Assembly (NCBI GenBank): GCA_963745035.1
Contig: CAVUVW010000017.1
Location: 1-64,000 of the forward strand
DNA from: an uncultured delta proteobacterium
GTDB lineage: Bacteria; Desulfobacterota; Binatia; UBA9968
Reading direction: 5' to 3'
Length of the DNA stretch: 64,000 nucleotides
How positions within the stretch are numbered: position 1 is the stretch's first letter; each line of letters opens with the position of its first letter. The notes beneath the pieces are model-generated. The model searched no databases and was not told the origin of the DNA. It saw only the letters and a list, made by a program, of their open reading frames with translations. Shown here one piece after another: positions 61,931 to 64,000 of the stretch. A program made the position numbers and the translations under genes.

Positions 61931-62797
61931 TCACGGATAGCTCTTTTGCAGCCACCACTCGGCGATTTCGATACGGCGGGCGAACCACACTTTGGGAAAG
62001 CCCTTGGCGTACTGGATGAACTCGTCGATGATCTTGGTGCGGAACGGCACACCCGAGACAAACGGGTGCATATTGAAAGCGAAGTATTTCGGCGCGCCTT
62101 GCTCCCCCTCCCAATAAAGGTAGTCGAACTGGTCCTTCATGATCTGCAAGAGATCTCTCGGCGTTCGCCCGGTGCCGTACGTGGAGTAGTCGTTACACCC
62201 CGGCACGTTGTAAGGAACGACGACCACCTTTCGACCGCGAGCCTCGACGATATAGGGAATGTCGCTGTTGAGTGGATCCGCCCACCAAACAAAGCCGGCC
62301 TCGGCAACCAGGTCCAGTGTGTTCGGCGTCGATGCGTGTCCCGGCGAGAGATATCCGGTGGGCTTTTGCCCCAGGGTTTTTTCAAACGCCGCCACGGTTT
62401 TTTGGATCGACTCCCGCTCCTGCTCCTTGGTGTACATGAACGAGTATTCATGCTCATAGCTCTCGGACGAGAATTCATGGCCTTTGGCCTTGAACTCTTT
62501 GCAAGCATCGGCGAATTGCTCGACCTTCAAGCCGTTCATGAGAAAAGTTACCTTGAGGTTATGCCGGTCGAAGAGTTCGGAAAGCCGCCAGATACCGGCC
62601 CGGTCGCCATATTCCCGCTCGGTGATCAGCGCCATGTTCTGCTTGAACACCGCCTTGGGTGGCGGAATCGTGGCGCCGCCTTGGCGCTGCAGCGATTCGT
62701 GGGAGGCGAAGTTCTCCGGCCAAACTTCCCACGGCACGATGAAGGTCACACAGATTTTGGCTTTGTCCGGCCATTCTATCGCTCCTGGTCTGCCCAT
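61931..62797 (-). CDS. Polysaccharide deacetylase / PuuE-like family protein
   Basis: REYGDRAGIWR, TFLMNG, MKDQFDYLY.EG, MHPFVSG.PFR. Confidence 0.85.
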   Translation of the reverse strand: MGRPGAIEWPDKAKICVTFIVPWEVWPENFASHESLQRQGGATIPPPKAVFKQNMALITEREYGDRAGIWRLSELFDRHNLKVTFLMNGLKVEQFADACKEFKAKGHEFSSESYEHEYSFMYTKEQERESIQKTVAAFEKTLGQKPTGYLSPGHASTPNTLDLVAEAGFVWWADPLNSDIPYIVEARGRKVVVVPYNVPGCNDYSTYGTGRTPRDLLQIMKDQFDYLYWEGEQGAPKYFAFNMHPFVSGVPFRTKIIDEFIQYAKGFPKVWFARRIEIAEWWLQKSYP

Positions 62798-63000
62798 GTT
62801 ATCTCCTCTTCCTTACGGATTTTTGACTACAAAGAACGCGGAAAATTACAAGATTGATCACAGCAGGTAGCGCACGCCGCAGATATATTGCACGCGGCGC
62901 AGATCGTCAAGTGTCTCGAGACGCCAACCGCAATGTTGCTGCGCCGCTCAACTTGACATCCGCGGCGTGCGCATCTAAACATTGATCGCTGCAGGTCCGG

Positions 63001-63972
63001 ATGATCACCAGAACACTTTCACTGGCCCTTTTCCTGCTTGTCGTTCTTACTTCCCATGCGCGCGGACAATCAGCGCTGGAAAAAATCGTCATCACCTACC
63101 CGAGCCGCAGCATCGCGTCGGTCGATCTGTATATTGCGCAGGAACGCGGCTTCTTTCGTCAAGAAAATTTGCTAGCCGAGGTAGTGCAAGTTCGGGGCAA
63201 TATTGGCGTGACGGCGCTTTTGAGCGGCGACGCCCATGCGATCAACAACGTGGGCACGATCATTCGCGCCATGGAACGCACCGATATTCCCGCCAAAGTC
63301 GTTACGCAAAGTTTGAAAAAAAATCTCTTTTGGCTCGTCACCAAACCGGAAGTGAAATCGCTTGGCGAGCTCAAAGGCAAGGTCTTCGGCACGACAACTT
63401 TAGGCGGCTCGCAGCACCTCGCCGCCGTTCGCCTCCTGCAAAAGGCTGGGCTGGATCCGGACAAGGACATCACCGTGGTGATAGGGGGCGATGTTCCCGC
63501 GCAGTTGCAGAGTCTGGTCAGCGGGGTCATCCATCTCGCCGCCCTGTCACCGCCTACCGTGATTTTGGCAAGAGATAAATTCAAGTTGAGAATTCACGGC
63601 AGCACGCTCGATGATTTGCCCAACCTGCAGAACGGTCTCGCCTTCTCGGAGAAAATGCTGCGCGAGCGGCGTGATCTGACGAAGCGTATCTTGCGGGCAC
63701 GCTCGCGCGCGCACCGTTACTTTTGGGAAAACGAGCATGGCACCGCCGAAGTGCTGGCAAATTATCTCAAAGTCGACATGGCCGTCGCTCTCGAATCCTA
63801 CCGTCTCGCCCGGCCTGCCTTTACGGCCAACGGTATTCCTACCGACAAAGAGGTCGAAGACTTTTTGCGTGCCGATGCCGACGTGCTTAAACTTCGTGAG
63901 CCGGTCCCGGCATCGAAAATTTTCGATTTCAGCCTGCAAAGAGAAGTGAATCAAGAATTGGGCATCAGATAA
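63001..63972 (+). CDS. ABC transporter substrate-binding protein (NMT1/SsuA-like)
   Basis: Signal peptide; YIAQERGFF, ELKGKVFG, GLDPDKDI. Confidence 0.88.
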   Translation: MITRTLSLALFLLVVLTSHARGQSALEKIVITYPSRSIASVDLYIAQERGFFRQENLLAEVVQVRGNIGVTALLSGDAHAINNVGTIIRAMERTDIPAKVVTQSLKKNLFWLVTKPEVKSLGELKGKVFGTTTLGGSQHLAAVRLLQKAGLDPDKDITVVIGGDVPAQLQSLVSGVIHLAALSPPTVILARDKFKLRIHGSTLDDLPNLQNGLAFSEKMLRERRDLTKRILRARSRAHRYFWENEHGTAEVLANYLKVDMAVALESYRLARPAFTANGIPTDKEVEDFLRADADVLKLREPVPASKIFDFSLQREVNQELGIR

Positions 63973-64000
63973 CGCCATACACCCACCTAATGTAATTTTC

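Overview
The window has two parts. Bases ~1-37,470 are a mosaic, partly decayed accessory region. It holds an integron-like cassette (attI-like site, cupin dioxygenase, attC), a ParB-like/Mom-like phage DNA-modification pair, and two families of dispersed repeats that bracket cargo genes. It also holds a KdpD(truncated)/KdpE/KimA-like potassium module, a Tat-exported heme peroxidase, two tandem large serine recombinases, tyrosine-integrase remnants and stress genes (3 Hsp20, CBS, DUF4142, SRAP remnant) with sigma54-type promoters. The most striking feature is a set of tRNA 3'-half fragments, all on the + strand and none with a 5' half: Phe, Ala, Thr, Glu, plus two degenerate Phe-like copies. 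The Phe and Ala sites look like intact attP sites. Bases ~37,500-64,000 are visibly more GC-rich core genome: muramidase, PAS-HisKA-REC protein, two APC-USP transporters, yhhQ-recJ-secF-secD-yajC-tgt-queA, SPFH/NfeD, udg, coaBC, mlaA, rluA-family, manC, trmI, deacetylase and an ABC substrate-binding protein. Gene style suggests a deltaproteobacterial-grade organism such as Candidatus Binatia (inference only). Many single-base +1 frameshifts, including in housekeeping genes, are probably sequencing errors.
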